A stretch of DNA of 64,000 bases, taken from contig JBEWZL010000239.1 in assembly GCA_045837725.1 (NCBI GenBank), positions 558,001-622,000 on the forward strand, read 5' to 3'. Below, one piece after another: positions 40,401-52,420 of the stretch. Position 1 is the first letter of the stretch, and each line of letters begins with the position of its first letter. The notes beneath the pieces were generated by a model. It had not been told where the DNA came from, ran no database searches, and worked only from the letters and a program-made list of their open reading frames with translations. The stretch comes from Vermamoeba vermiformis. Its lineage: Eukaryota. A program made the position numbers and the translations under genes.

Positions 40401-43400
40401 GAGGACGAGTGTGCGAGCGATCAGAATGTGCTGGAGAGTGATCAGCAGATTGAGAGCGGACACTTGGTGTTTGATCTCTTGAGCTACATTGTCACCACGG
40501 CACTGCTCGATCAGAATCTCGTGCTCCTGGAACGAGTCGTAGAGCTCGCACCCCCCGTGAACATCAGTGACCGCGACTACGTGCGCTACATCAGCAAGCT
40601 GCTCACTGACGCCCTCAAGCACTTCCTCGTCACCGTGCACAAGGCTGATGTCGCGGCCAACAAGTACGAGCTGTTCTCCATGCTCGCTCGATTCGCCAGC
40701 TATGTGGTGGATAAGATCGCCATGGATCTGTTCCCAAGCGGCACGTCACACGTGTTCGATCTGTTGGTGCACTTGTTGGAGCTGTTCAACGTCGACAAGG
40801 CCCCGACAATAGATCCGCGCTTTGAAGTCACCTCGCTGTTCAAGTCACTGAACCGCACCATTCTGCTGATGCTCAAGTCGAGTGATCAGCTCATCGATGC
40901 ACTCAACAAGCTGCTCTATCATCAGCGTGTCGTGTTGTCACCGCTCAACAATGACACGGAATTCTTTTTCAATTTTTCACAGCTCACTTACCGCATGATG
41001 TTGCACGACAGCGATGAACTCAAGCTGACTGTCATGAATGTGCGTACTGCCAATCAAGTGTGCATATTATATATATATACTCACGTTGTCTATTGTCAGA
41101 TATGGAAGCTGTTGATCTTCACCAAGCCCGAAGTGATGGACTCGCTGTTGCTGTACAAGACGAGCAAGGGCGAGGTGATTGATCTCAAGACCAAGGGCTT
41201 CATGCTGCTCCTCTCGGCTGACCCCGCTGAATTCCTCACGTGGCTCAATCACAACATCAAGACCGTCAATGTCATCTTCGAAGAATTGCTCGCCAAGACT
41301 AACACAGCACCGAGCAGCGAACTCAAAGTGCGCACTGACAAGTTGAAGGCCCTCAAATCGCGTCGCTCAGCCAAGGCCTCCAAGCAGCAGAAGAGCGAGA
41401 CCAGCAGCATGACCAAGTTCCAAAAAGTGCGTGTCAATCGTCGCACGATGATTGCGCGCGTGAGTGACGAAGAGAATCAACGCCTCAAAACGGTGAAGAA
41501 CAACCGCGCTGATCGTGAGCGCTGGATTGCCAAGATCTGGAATGACATGCGCCGACCCATGTACATGCCCAACAGCAACAAGGACGTGAGCCTGAACAAG
41601 CTGCACCACACTGACAAGCCGCGCGGCAGTGAGGACGAAGAGATCAAGCTGCAAGAACTGACGCAACAGATCACTGCCAAGGTGCTCGACAAGTGGCAGC
41701 TCGATTTCACTGAAGGACCGCGTCGCATGCGCCGCAAGCTCGAGGTGAATGCGCAGTTCTTCGAGAGCTATCCGTACAGTCCCGACTACGACCCCGATGT
41801 CAATCACCACCTCGCTACAGAACAGGAGCTGATTCTCTATCCGACCAAGAAGCCGCTCAGTCACGACAGCAAGGAGTACTTCTACAGCTACAAGGACGCC
41901 GTGGACAAGTCACTCGAGTACTTGCATCGCGTGCAAGAGGAGATGAGCAAGCGACGTGCTGCACCACCCCTCACTCTCGCCCTCACCACCGCCACTGCAC
42001 CCAGTGCTGAGCGCGATGGCGTGCCTGTCACTGCTCGCTCGCCCGAAGAACGCCGCGCCCTAGCACACGTGCACGAGGCTTTTGAGGGCCGTGGAGGCAA
42101 TGACGAGTCCGACACACCGCCGTCCTCCTCGCCGCTGAACATCAAGCCCGTGCGCAAGATATCTTCTGCGTCAGCGGACAGCGAGGACAGCGACGACACG
42201 AGCACCAGTGCCACGCCGAGCAGTGTGCCGCACTCGCCTGCCCTGCGCAGTGAAGTCACGCCCAACAGTCTGGCAGCGTATCTGCAGTCACTGCTGATCG
42301 GCGAGGACGTGGAGAGCGATGAGAGTGCGACGGACGAGCAGAGTGAGCTCACGGAGGGCTCCGACGAGGACTGGCCGTCAGAAGCAGATCCAGCGAGTGA
42401 AGTGGGCGAGGACGAGCTCGATCAAGATGTGTTCGGCGAGGACGAGGACGATGAAGACGCCAATCAGCTCATCTTGCGTCGTCACTTGGAGCTGGGCGAT
42501 GCAGCGGTGGCCATGTACAACTGCGGCCGCATTGAAGGGCTGGACAAGTACGACGGACTGCTCATCTTCGGCGAGATCAACGTCTACTTTATCGATCACT
42601 ATTCACTCACCGCAGAGGGCGACATTATCGACATTTCTGCGCAGTCCAAGCGCGCGACACCCTTCATCAACTACACGAGCACGTGGGCGCACGAAGACAT
42701 CAAAGCTGTGATGAAGCGGCGCTATCTGCTGCGACCAGTGGCCCTCGAACTATTCGCGAGTGATGGTCGCAATTGTCTGCTCGTGTTTGAACTCAAAGAC
42801 CGAGATCCGCTCTACGACCGCTTCCTGGCCCTGATCAAACAAGTGCGCGATGGACAGCAACAGTCACTGGCTGCCATGATTGGTCTCAACAACCCCACTG
42901 CAGCCACCACCGAGCTGCAAGAGCTGGAGCTGAGCTACACGCCCCTCGAGAACTTGCATCTGCCGCTCAAAGTGGTGACGCACAAGTGGGTGCAGGGCGA
43001 GATCAGCAACTTCCACTACCTCATCTACCTCAACACCATCGCTGGACGCAGCTACAACGACCTCACGCAGTACCCTGTGTTCCCCTGGGTGCTCAACACG
43101 TACGACACACCGAGCATTGATCTGCACGATGCAGCCGTGTACCGCGCACTCGACAAGCCGATGGGTGGCCTGGACGAGGAGCGCGCAGACAAGTTCCGTC
43201 AGAAGTACGAGGTGCTGGAACAGACGCTGCACGAGACTGCGAGTGAGAGCAGTGCTGATGACCCCGAGCACATGGCTCCCTATCACTACGGCAGTCACTA
43301 CAGCAGCAGTGGCACGGTGCTGCACTATCTCATTCGATTGGAGCCCTTCACGCGGCAGTTCATTCAGTTCCAGGGCGGCAGATTCGATCACCCCGATCGC

Positions 43401-45022
43401 CTCTTCCACTCGATCAGCGAGTCGTGGCAGAGTGCCAGCGCCAAGAACATGATGGACGTCAAAGAACTCATCCCTGAATTCTTTTACCTCTCGGACTTCT
43501 TGCTCAACTCCAATCGATTCATATTTGGCAAGCGACAGGACGGCTCGGTGGTCAATCACGTGGTGTTGCCTGCCTGGGCTAAAAATAGTCCGCGCTACTT
43601 TGTGCACTTGCATCGCCGCGCACTGGAGAGCGAGCACGTGTCCAATCAGCTGCACCTGTGGATCGATCTCATCTTTGGCGCCAAGCAGCGCGGCAGTGAG
43701 GCAGTGCAGGCCCTGAATGTGTTCCATCCCCTCACCTACGAGGGCACCGTCGATGTGGATCGCATCGATGACCCGATCAAGCGACGTGCCATCATCGATC
43801 AGATCAATCACTTCGGTCAGACCCCCGCTCAACTCTTCACCAAGGCACATCCCAAGCGCGCTGCACGCACTGAACAGCGCGGTCTGTTTGATGTGAGCAC
43901 GAGTGCTGTGGCCGTGAATGTGAAGACACTGACGCAAGCTGTCGGGGAGATGCGCGTGGTGCACGACAAGTTGATCGCGCTCGAGCTCAAAAAGGTAAAA
44001 CATCCATTGCCTAATTAGGACATTGACTGACACTGGACTAGCGCGTGTTGCAAGCCGTGAACAACAGCATCAAGTGGGTCACATGGGGATACGAGGACTA
44101 CACAGTGCGCGTGTGGGAGAACGACAAGCTGCTGCAGATCATTGATCGCGGGGCCTGGGATCAGATCCAACACGTCGCCACGTCCATCGATGGCAAGTAC
44201 TTGGCACTGGCTGGTGGCCGCGACTGCGTGCTGTCCATCTATCGCTTGCGAATGCGCAATGTGTGGCGCCAAGCTGAAGAGACCGCAGAGGAGTCGGCAC
44301 TGACACCGACCACCAAGAAAAAGAAGCGTGGTCTGGCCCTGGGACTGACAGCCCTCAAGTTGATTGCACAGCCGCAGCTTATGATGCACAAAGACAGCTT
44401 TGAGTGGTGGTCCAATCTGCTCGCCCATCAAGCCCCCATCACTGCCGTAGACATCTCGCGTCGCTGGTCCATCATCGCGTCAGGCGATCAGAACGGCAAG
44501 TTGTGCGTGTGGGACCTCAACAAGCGATTCAATGCCGTCGTGTGGCAACGCGACACCTCACTCGGCCCGCACTACTTGGGCGATGAACCGACCTCGCGCG
44601 GTGTCAATTTGATTGCTGTCAATGCTGTCACCGGCGACATTGTCACGTGTTTCAGCACGTGGTTCAATCTGTGGACGATCAACGGCGAGCTCATTCTCGC
44701 GCACAACACCTCCAATTCACCCGCGCAACAGATCACCAGTGTGAGTTGGATGCCAGGCGCGACACAGACCGATGAGATCTATGCTGTCGTCACGGGACAT
44801 CGCGATGGCACCATCAAGGTGTGGAAGTTCAATCACCTCGACAAGGAACTGCGCCCCAATCCCAATATGGTCATGCTCGCACAACTGCAACAACACCGCT
44901 CAGCCATCACCTCGCTGTGCGTCTCTGAACGGCGCATCATCTCAGGCGATCACGTGGGTCAGATCTACGCCTGGCTGACCAAAGACGATGCAGAAGAGTT
45001 CATCAAGAAGAAAAAATTCTAA
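34482..45022 (+). CDS. BEACH-domain protein (LvsA/WDFY3-like: ARM, ConA/LamG, PH-BEACH, WD40)
   Basis: LamG-like segment GYTLMFWF...WYHLILVH. PH-BEACH motifs RRYLLRPVALELF, GRSYNDLTQYPVFPW, HYGSHYSS, DVKELIPEFF and FGQTP. C-terminal WD40 repeats, with no FYVE domain seen. Confidence 0.93.
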
Positions 45023-45091
45023 ATTTTGCGAATATGTAAAGTACAATGTAAATACTGTAGAAATACGCTACATTTATGTAATTACAGTGCC

Positions 45092-47847
45092 CTATTTATT
45101 TACATGCCAGGCAGCGATGAGTTGTGGCCCCAAGCTGAGCGTGACGGGCAGCAGCGGCGAGTAGTGTTTGATGCCGCTCTTGTTCGCAGCACTCTGATAC
45201 TGCTCCACGCACTTCACTGCCACGCGCCACAGCTCTTCTTCGCTGTGTTGGGCCCAGTACTCGAGCCACTGTGCCACCGACTTGTTCAGCACACTCGGAG
45301 GTCTCTCCGCACCGAGTCGTGACAGCAAGTGGTGCCACACCAGCGAGGGGGGCAGTCGTGACACCTCTGGCAATGTGCCACTGATCTCCGCACTATCTCG
45401 GAACAGCAGCTGTTTGAACCACTTGATCCATTGCAGTTGTGCACACGGTTCACTGAACAGCGCCATGACACTCACTTCAAACTGCGCGATGTCACCTGTC
45501 AGTGTCAATTTGCCACTGCCTTCGAGGGGTGGCAACAGACTCACGTGACGCAAGAACAGTTCTGTCAACCTGCCCACACGTCAGTTGAGTGTTTGCAAGA
45601 ATTTTGTTGCCTTACCAAGCCTGTGTTGCGCGCACTTTGTCAATTATGTACGGTGTTTGCATTAATTTGTCGAGCAGTGCCTTGAACTGCTGCAATTGCC
45701 TTTTTAGGAGCTTCATGTAGGGCGACACGAAGCTATTATTAGCCACATCGCTGTCAGTGCTCGCGGTGAATTCAGTCTTCTGCATCATCTGCAGCGTCTT
45801 CTCACAGCTCTTCATGAATCGACCAAACAGTGGCTCGGTGACACTCTGATTGATCACGTGCTCGATCTGATCAATGGATTCGCGCAAAGGTTGCATGAGT
45901 GCCGCGGAATAAGTCGCCAACACAGTGTCACGTGTGTGCTGAATGAACTGCACGACACTGTTGTGCAAGATCACGTGATTGGAGTGCCACGTGACACCAT
46001 CGCTGCCCTGGTTGATGGATGTGTCACGTGCCACTGCCTCGCTCACTTTGGTGCTGAGTGGTCGCAGTGCACTGCACACCGTTTTGACCAATCGTTGACC
46101 GAGAGTGTCGGTGCCGTCGAGTGAAGTCGGGTACAACAGACACTTGTCGATGAGCTGTTTGATCACGTGACTGCACTGCAACAACTCTGCCAAATACGGA
46201 CATTTCTCCGCGTCCTCCACCACGACAGTCGCGGCAGTGTTGGGTGCAGCGAGTTTGGCGAGTTTGTTGAAGCAGAGCTCCACGCCGCGGAACACCGTGT
46301 TGCGCGTGCTGGTGTGGTACTCGCTCTCTGCGGCACTGAACACCTCGCGCAACTGTCGCGTCGCACTGTCACGTGACTGCTTCGAGGTCTTGGTGCGCAC
46401 TTGCACTTGATCAAATTGCGCGTCTATTTTTAGCGACAAGTCAGCGAGCAGTGCGTAGACACGTGGGTACTCGAGTGCGAGGGCCTCGTACTGCATGGGA
46501 CTGGCGTTGACTGATTTGACGCGAATCACGTGACTGATCATTTCACTGAAGTGCGTGCTGAAGGACTTCCAAAACGAGCGAATGAACAGCTCGTCGATCA
46601 CGTGAAGAGTGTCCAGTTCAAAGTCACGTGATTCGTGTCCGAGTTGTTCCGCAAGCAACGAGACAATATTTGCATTAATTCTATCAGGCACGTGCAATCT
46701 GACGACAGCACGCATGATGGTGATGAGTTCGCTCCACTTGTCTTCAATCTTGTCGCTGATCTTGCCCAGCACCGTCCAAATAGAGCCTGTCACGTGACTG
46801 GCAGCACGTGGCAGTGGAGAGCCAGTGAGGCTATTATTAGCGCGAGAATCGGTGCGCGCAGCTGCATTGTGACTCTGATAGCTCTTCATGAACAGTGCCT
46901 GCATCTCCGCGGAGATCGCATTGATCACGTGGTGGTGTTTGACTTTGTGTTGACCAGTGCCGAGAGCCAGCTGCGTGGCCGCAAAGGTGAGCAGATCTTG
47001 CACAATCACGTGCACACTGAGGTGCAACATGTCGAGCAGCATATTGAAGTGATAGAACACGAGCAGCGCGGTCGAGATCACGTGATGACTGCGCAGTTCG
47101 ATGCCCTTCATGAACGCGCTCACAGCCTGTTCCAGCACGCTGTTCTTGCGCGCACTGAGCTGCAGCTGCATTCGCTCGATCACGTGCACGCCCTGCAGCT
47201 CCGCACTGCTGCCGAGGAGATCGCACTGCACCAAGTACTGCGCGGCACGAATCAGCTGTTCACCGCTCTCACTCGATTGCAGCGCACTCAACTTCTTCCA
47301 CAGTGTCATGTACTGACCCACACGACGCAGCACGTGACTCGCTTCTTGCACACGTGGCAGTTGGCGCGTGCGTGTGGCGAGCAGTTGCGCGGGGCCAGTG
47401 AGCTGTGTGGCGACACGCGTGACTTGACTCTGCAGCTGTGTGACGGACTGCGACACCTCGCGCACTGATTGGTCGAGTCCTGCAGCTGTTTCGAGTGCCC
47501 CTGCCTCGCGTAACAGCGATTCTTTGCCACCTGCGATCTGTGAGACAGATTCAGTCGTCGAGCTAGACGTCACATTATTCAGCTGTGACTGACCTGCAAT
47601 TTTATCAATTGATCGAGTTGAAATAATGACGATGCTAAAAAGTCATTCTTCTTCGTCTCTGACAGAAAGTGCTGGATGTACTTGCCAACCTCGAAGTCCT
47701 CTGAGAAGAAGTCGCGATATCTCTCTATGAAAATTGTACATGAATATATGCCGAATTTCTACATCGTGTAATGAATTCATTACCATCTTGCTTGAACTGG
47801 ATCAGCGCTTGTTCAGGATCCAAAATTGGCTCTGCACCATTATCCAT
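45092..47847 (-). CDS. COG5: Conserved oligomeric Golgi complex subunit 5
   Basis: N-terminal FFSEDFEVGKY, coiled coil, and C-terminal FLRHVSLLPPLEGSGKLTLTGDIAQFE and WFKQLLF. Confidence 0.8.
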
Positions 47848-48022
47848 AATTGCGCTATTCTAGTCACCTCAAATTCATATAAATCAACGCACGACAATAA
47901 GTCCCTGTTGTAGTTGCGTGCGTTCAAAGGTTTGAAATAAAGAAATTTGCGACAAGGCGCAGAACAATCACACCCGCGTATTATATATAAGGGTCGTTTT
48001 TATGTTGATTACAAGAGCGTCT

Positions 48023-48568
48023 TTAATAACCGACGACGGCGTTCTTGGTCTTCTTGTCACCACCAATTTCGAATTTCTTGCATCTTCTGATGGGCTTGAA
48101 ACTCTTGAATCCGCAAACAGTGCATTCCAACTTCAACACAATCTTCTTGGTTGTTTTAGCCTTTATAATACGAGCTATTATTATTTCATTCCTCGGGTTA
48201 CAAAATTATCGAACAATAATAATTAATAAATAGCCTGTTATTGTAATAGTAATAAATCGTGTAATAATTACCTTCTTGTGGAAAATGGGTTTACCCTGAC
48301 CACCATAACCCTTTTGTTTGCGATCGTAACGTCTCTTACCTAGTATTGAAATAAATAATAATATTCAAAAATATAATGTTAGAAAATTAGTATTTATCAT
48401 ACCTTGAGCGTACAATCGGGCAGCACCAGTTTTGTATTGCGAAACCTTGTGCAAAGTGTGCTTCTTGCACTTCTTGGATCGGCAGTGAGTTTTGCGTTGT
48501 TTAGGAACGTTGACCTATAAATCTATCAATAACAGCCCTACGCAATGGAAGTTAAAATAACGCACCAT
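48023..48568 (-). CDS. RPL36A: 60S ribosomal protein eL42 (L36a/L44)
   Basis: [12 protein letters not shown]...[36 protein letters not shown], with 3 introns. Confidence 0.97.
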
Positions 48569-48908
48569 TTTGAAGACCTCTCTTATTCTATTGGATGCGG
48601 GGCAACTAAAGGGAACTACGAAGAACAAGATTGGACGGAAAGAAAAAAATTTGGCCTACCCTGAATTTTGACTGTCAAAAAATTGACCAATCAGGTAACA
48701 GCGAGCAAAATCAACGGACAAACAGAAATTACAGCAAGCACAAGATTTTTTCTGTTCTGATTGCACGGGGAGATTGCAAAGCTCAATTCGCGATAAACTC
48801 TACAACGAAAGATCATTCATTGACTTGTAGCAGACTTGCTCACCCCCTTCTGTCTAACTTGTTATTTATTTAAATTTTATTTTTAACGTCTCACGGAGGT
48901 TACTCGCT

Positions 48909-50665
48909 ATGGGTCAAGGCAGTGGCAAAGGAGACAAACCTATCACGATCGACATCGATCTTACTGAGACGACATTAGAGAAGTTTTTGCAAGAGGCGAA
49001 AAAAACAAACAGTCTCAAAAGCATCGAAAAACTCGATCTGTCACGAAGAGAGTTGAATGAACTACCACCACAAATCAGCAAAATAGTTAATTTGAAAGTA
49101 TTGAATATTTATGATAATGCTCTGAAGCAATTGCCTTCTGAAATTGGTAAGCAATAATATATTTTTTTTTAATTTGAATTGAACCGCTGTATTTCAAATT
49201 AAAAACGCATCAAATAATGTTACTATCAGTAAAAGCATGATATATACCCTTCATATTTACAATTTTTTAATCTCTATTAAAAGATTTATTTGCCCGCAGC
49301 TGACTGATTCAATTCAATTAAATTTAGGCAAATTGACTCAACTTACTGCGTTGGGTATTAACGAAAACTCATTGACCTCTGTACCAAATGAAATTGGTGA
49401 ATTGAAGGCCCTCACTTTGTTGGATTTGAGATACAACAAGCTCACCGAAGTGCCCAAAGAAATCGGCAATTTGAGCAAATTACAAAAGTTATACTTGCGT
49501 TTCAACAAATTGGAGGAGTTGCCTGAAGAGCTAGGTAAATAGCGCCGATACTATTCAATATTGAAACACTTGTTTGCGTCCCATCTGACTGTAATTTGTA
49601 CTCCTAGGCCAATTGAGCGAGTTGGAGATACTCAGTGTGCGCAATAACAAACTCGAGCACATACCCGAGAGTGTGAGCAAGCTAGTGGCGCTCAAGACGC
49701 TAGACATGCAGCACAATAACGTCGCCAAACTGCCCCCGATCCGCGATCTGCGACAGCTTGAAATTCTCGATGTGCAATACAACAAGATTGCAGAGCTGCC
49801 TGACGGTTTGGGCAACTTGAAGCAACTGAAGCACTTGCACCTCAAGTACAATCAGCTCAAAGAATTGCCGAGTGAAGTGGGTACACTGTCGAATCTGGAG
49901 GAGTTAGATCTGGAGGGCAATCGATTGACTGCCCTGCCCGACACACTCACCGCACTCAGCAGATTATTGAAGTTATATATCAATCGCAATCAGTTCGCAG
50001 AGCTGCCAGCTTGTTTAGCGAGTCTGGTGACGGTGGATGAGCTGTGGGTGAATGGCAATTACATCAGCAACTGCGATGTGGTGATTCATCTCACGAGACT
50101 GCGCACGTTGAATATGAGCAGCAATACGATAGGACAGCTGCCACCTCAGCTCGCTAATTTGAGTCTGTTGCGCGATCTGGACATTAGCGGCAACAACTTG
50201 ACCTCGATCGATTCACTCTCACCGTTCAGTGCGCTGGGGGCATTGCAAGTGCTCAACTTGTCTGGCAACGACCTCGCGCAGATCACTGGCGAGTTGGGTG
50301 ACTTGCCCTCGCTCGAGAAGCTGTACTTGAACGAGAACGAGCTGACCTCACTGCCCGCAGAGATTGGTCGCTTGACGAGCTTGTTGGAACTCAATTTGGA
50401 CGAGAACAAACTCACCTCATTGCCACGCGAGATTGGTCAGCTCTGCTCGCTCGAGATCCTCAACTTCAACCAGAATGATTTGAACGACTTGCCTGACGAG
50501 ATCTACTTGCTGCCACTCAAAATGTTTGGCATTGACGACAATCCACTCGAAAATATTCCTGCTGAAGTTGTTGAAGGCGGCAGTCAAGAAGTGTTTGATT
50601 ACTTGGGTCAACGACTTCAAGATCCAAATCTACGACGACAGAGCGGCGATCACAATTCAGAATGA
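48909..50665 (+). CDS. Leucine-rich repeat protein (SHOC2/RSU1-like repeats), possibly N-myristoylated
   Basis: Tandem LxxLxLxxNxLxxLPxEIG repeats and an MGQGSGK N-terminus. Confidence 0.88.
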
Positions 50666-50980
50666 GAGCTAATGCCTTAAATAGTGAGCGCGACCATCGC
50701 TCATTTGTATAAATCCAAACTAACGTCGAACCAAACCTTGTAATTTATGAATCGTTATGTAAAACACTCCCACCTATTTATGATTAAGAGTGATCCTCTA
50801 CTGTCTTCCGGGTGCTTGGGTCTCTAAAAGAACCAAACCAGAATACCGACGTTACTGCTTTTGCATCTCCCAGTAAATCGAAAACGCACTACAATATCCT
50901 CTGGTCATTGATGTCAGGGAAAAAAGGTTGTTCTACACATCATGCTTGGAAGCACCACTGATTTGACAGATGAGCTATTC

Positions 50981-51595
50981 TGCCAAGTAATTGGCCTGGG
51001 TGGCCGGTCTCCTGGGCCACAAAGGCTCAGCTGGCCACACTCCAAGTTGGCCTGTAACTTTTTGCCATACTTCAGTAAACAGAAAAACTGGCATTGCAAT
51101 GTATTTCACCGTATTGATAAGGCACTCCACAAAGTACGCAAACATTTCTCAAGGAGGTCGGCCAGGCCAAGTTGGCCAGTGTGGCCGGCCAAGCCTTTGT
51201 GGCCGGCCCGGCCAGTCCGGCCGGCCAGGTATGTAGGCATGGTACAAGGCACCAACTGGTGCGTCTGTACATATGAGGCATTAGTATACATATTACTGTA
51301 CCATTGGCTGATAACAAACCACTAGTAACTGACATCCAGAAAAATAAACAAATGGCAGACAGCAGGAATTGAACCTGGGACTGTATGGCTACGCAGATTT
51401 TTTGTAAGTCCAATAAATAAAAATCCATGCAGATACCAGGAATTGAACCCAGGGCAACCCCACCCCCATACAAACTTATCATAAAATTTTGCCTACAGCA
51501 GGAATTGAACCTGCTCCTGCATCCTTCCTGGAAAAATTACGAAGTCCTACCGGCCACCCTGACCAAACCGGCCACCCTGGCCAATTACTTGGGCA
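50981..51595. mobile_element. MITE-like element of about 615 bp with ~28-bp terminal inverted repeats and internal GGCC micro-repeats
   Basis: TGCCAAGTAATTGGCCTGGGTGGCCGGT (50981-51008) matches the reverse complement of 51567-51595, TGCCCAAGTAATTGGCCAGGGTGGCCGGT. No clear TSD and no credible ORF. Confidence 0.65.
51362..51514 (-). promoter_or_regulatory. Three tRNA T-arm/Pol III B-box-like cassettes
   Basis: Minus-strand GGTTCAATTCC lies inside T-arm-like stems at 51362-51378, 51436-51452 and 51498-51514. Confidence 0.65.
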
Positions 51596-51692
51596 AAGCG
51601 TTGGAGGCTGAAAATGGCAAAGTTCTGCAAAGAACTTATACACTGGAACTTTGTTCTTTATGCTGCCATACACTTAACTTTAGTATCAGCGT

Positions 51693-51890
51693 ATTAGCAC
51701 TATTGGCCGCTACAACTGGGTTATTAGCATTCTATTCCATGAGAACCAGGTGATTGCGGGTCTGGCGCCCTGTCCAAGTTTGACATCCTTCTGGAGGTCG
51801 TCTTGCTCAATTTGAGCAGGACGTCCGGATTTGGACAGGGCGTCCGCCGTCACTAGGTTCTCATGGAATAAAAGGCCAATAGCACCTAAT
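51693..51890. repeat. Imperfect palindrome (foldback/MITE-like) of about 200 bp
   Basis: Arms are TATTCCATGAGAACCAGGTG and CACTAGGTTCTCATGGAATA, with inner arms GCCCTGTCC/GGACAGGGC and centre CGTCTTGCTCAA-T-TTGAGCAGGACG. Confidence 0.7.
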
Positions 51891-52420
51891 TGTCGTGGAC
51901 ACCTATATTTTGGATGAGTTTGATGGTTTCCTTGCAAGCTGTAGGGATTGAGCTGAGGAAATTTCCTCAGTTTTTGAAATCAAGCTCCAAATGGCTCAAG
52001 TAACAAAGATTTTGATAACTACGGCTTGGCATGACATACGGAATCGTTTGCAACATAGTGGACAGTCAGAGTTCAAAAGAAAGAATCAACATTTGCACTT
52101 TGTTATGAGAAACTTCTCATTCACAACAATCCATTTCTGGCACAGTTCTATGCAGAACTACATATCTATAGGATGATGGAGGATGGCCAGTCCAGGCTGG
52201 CTCTCATATCCATGCAGTATCACATATCCGGCCCGGATAAGTCATCCGACCCGGATATGTTGTTTGTCCCGGACAAGTCATTTGTCCCGGCTAAGTGACA
52301 ACTTCCGGATAAGTACCTACAGTTGCAGATAAAAAGTTTATTTTAATGAATACACTATATCTATTATCTAAATATATATGAGTAATGAAATTGAGTAGGA
52401 TCTGCTAACAAGAAGATGAG

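Noticed and set aside
39474-44018. 1514-aa ORF as a stand-alone gene
   Set aside because: It is part of the BEACH gene. It starts inside an intron and reads through a stop-free intron near 41040-41099.
33259-47468. Long antisense or alternative-frame ORFs (e.g. 33259-33918 +, 39711-40640 -, 42864-44033 -, 46635-47468 +)
   Set aside because: They are shadows of GC-rich, codon-biased real genes and have no motifs of their own.
50784-50800. Sola3-type left end (TTAA|GAG)
   Set aside because: No matching CTC|TTAA inverted end was found.
50914-52176. Short ORFs in the left repeat block
   Set aside because: They are translations of GGCC micro-repeats and palindromes with no recognisable domains.
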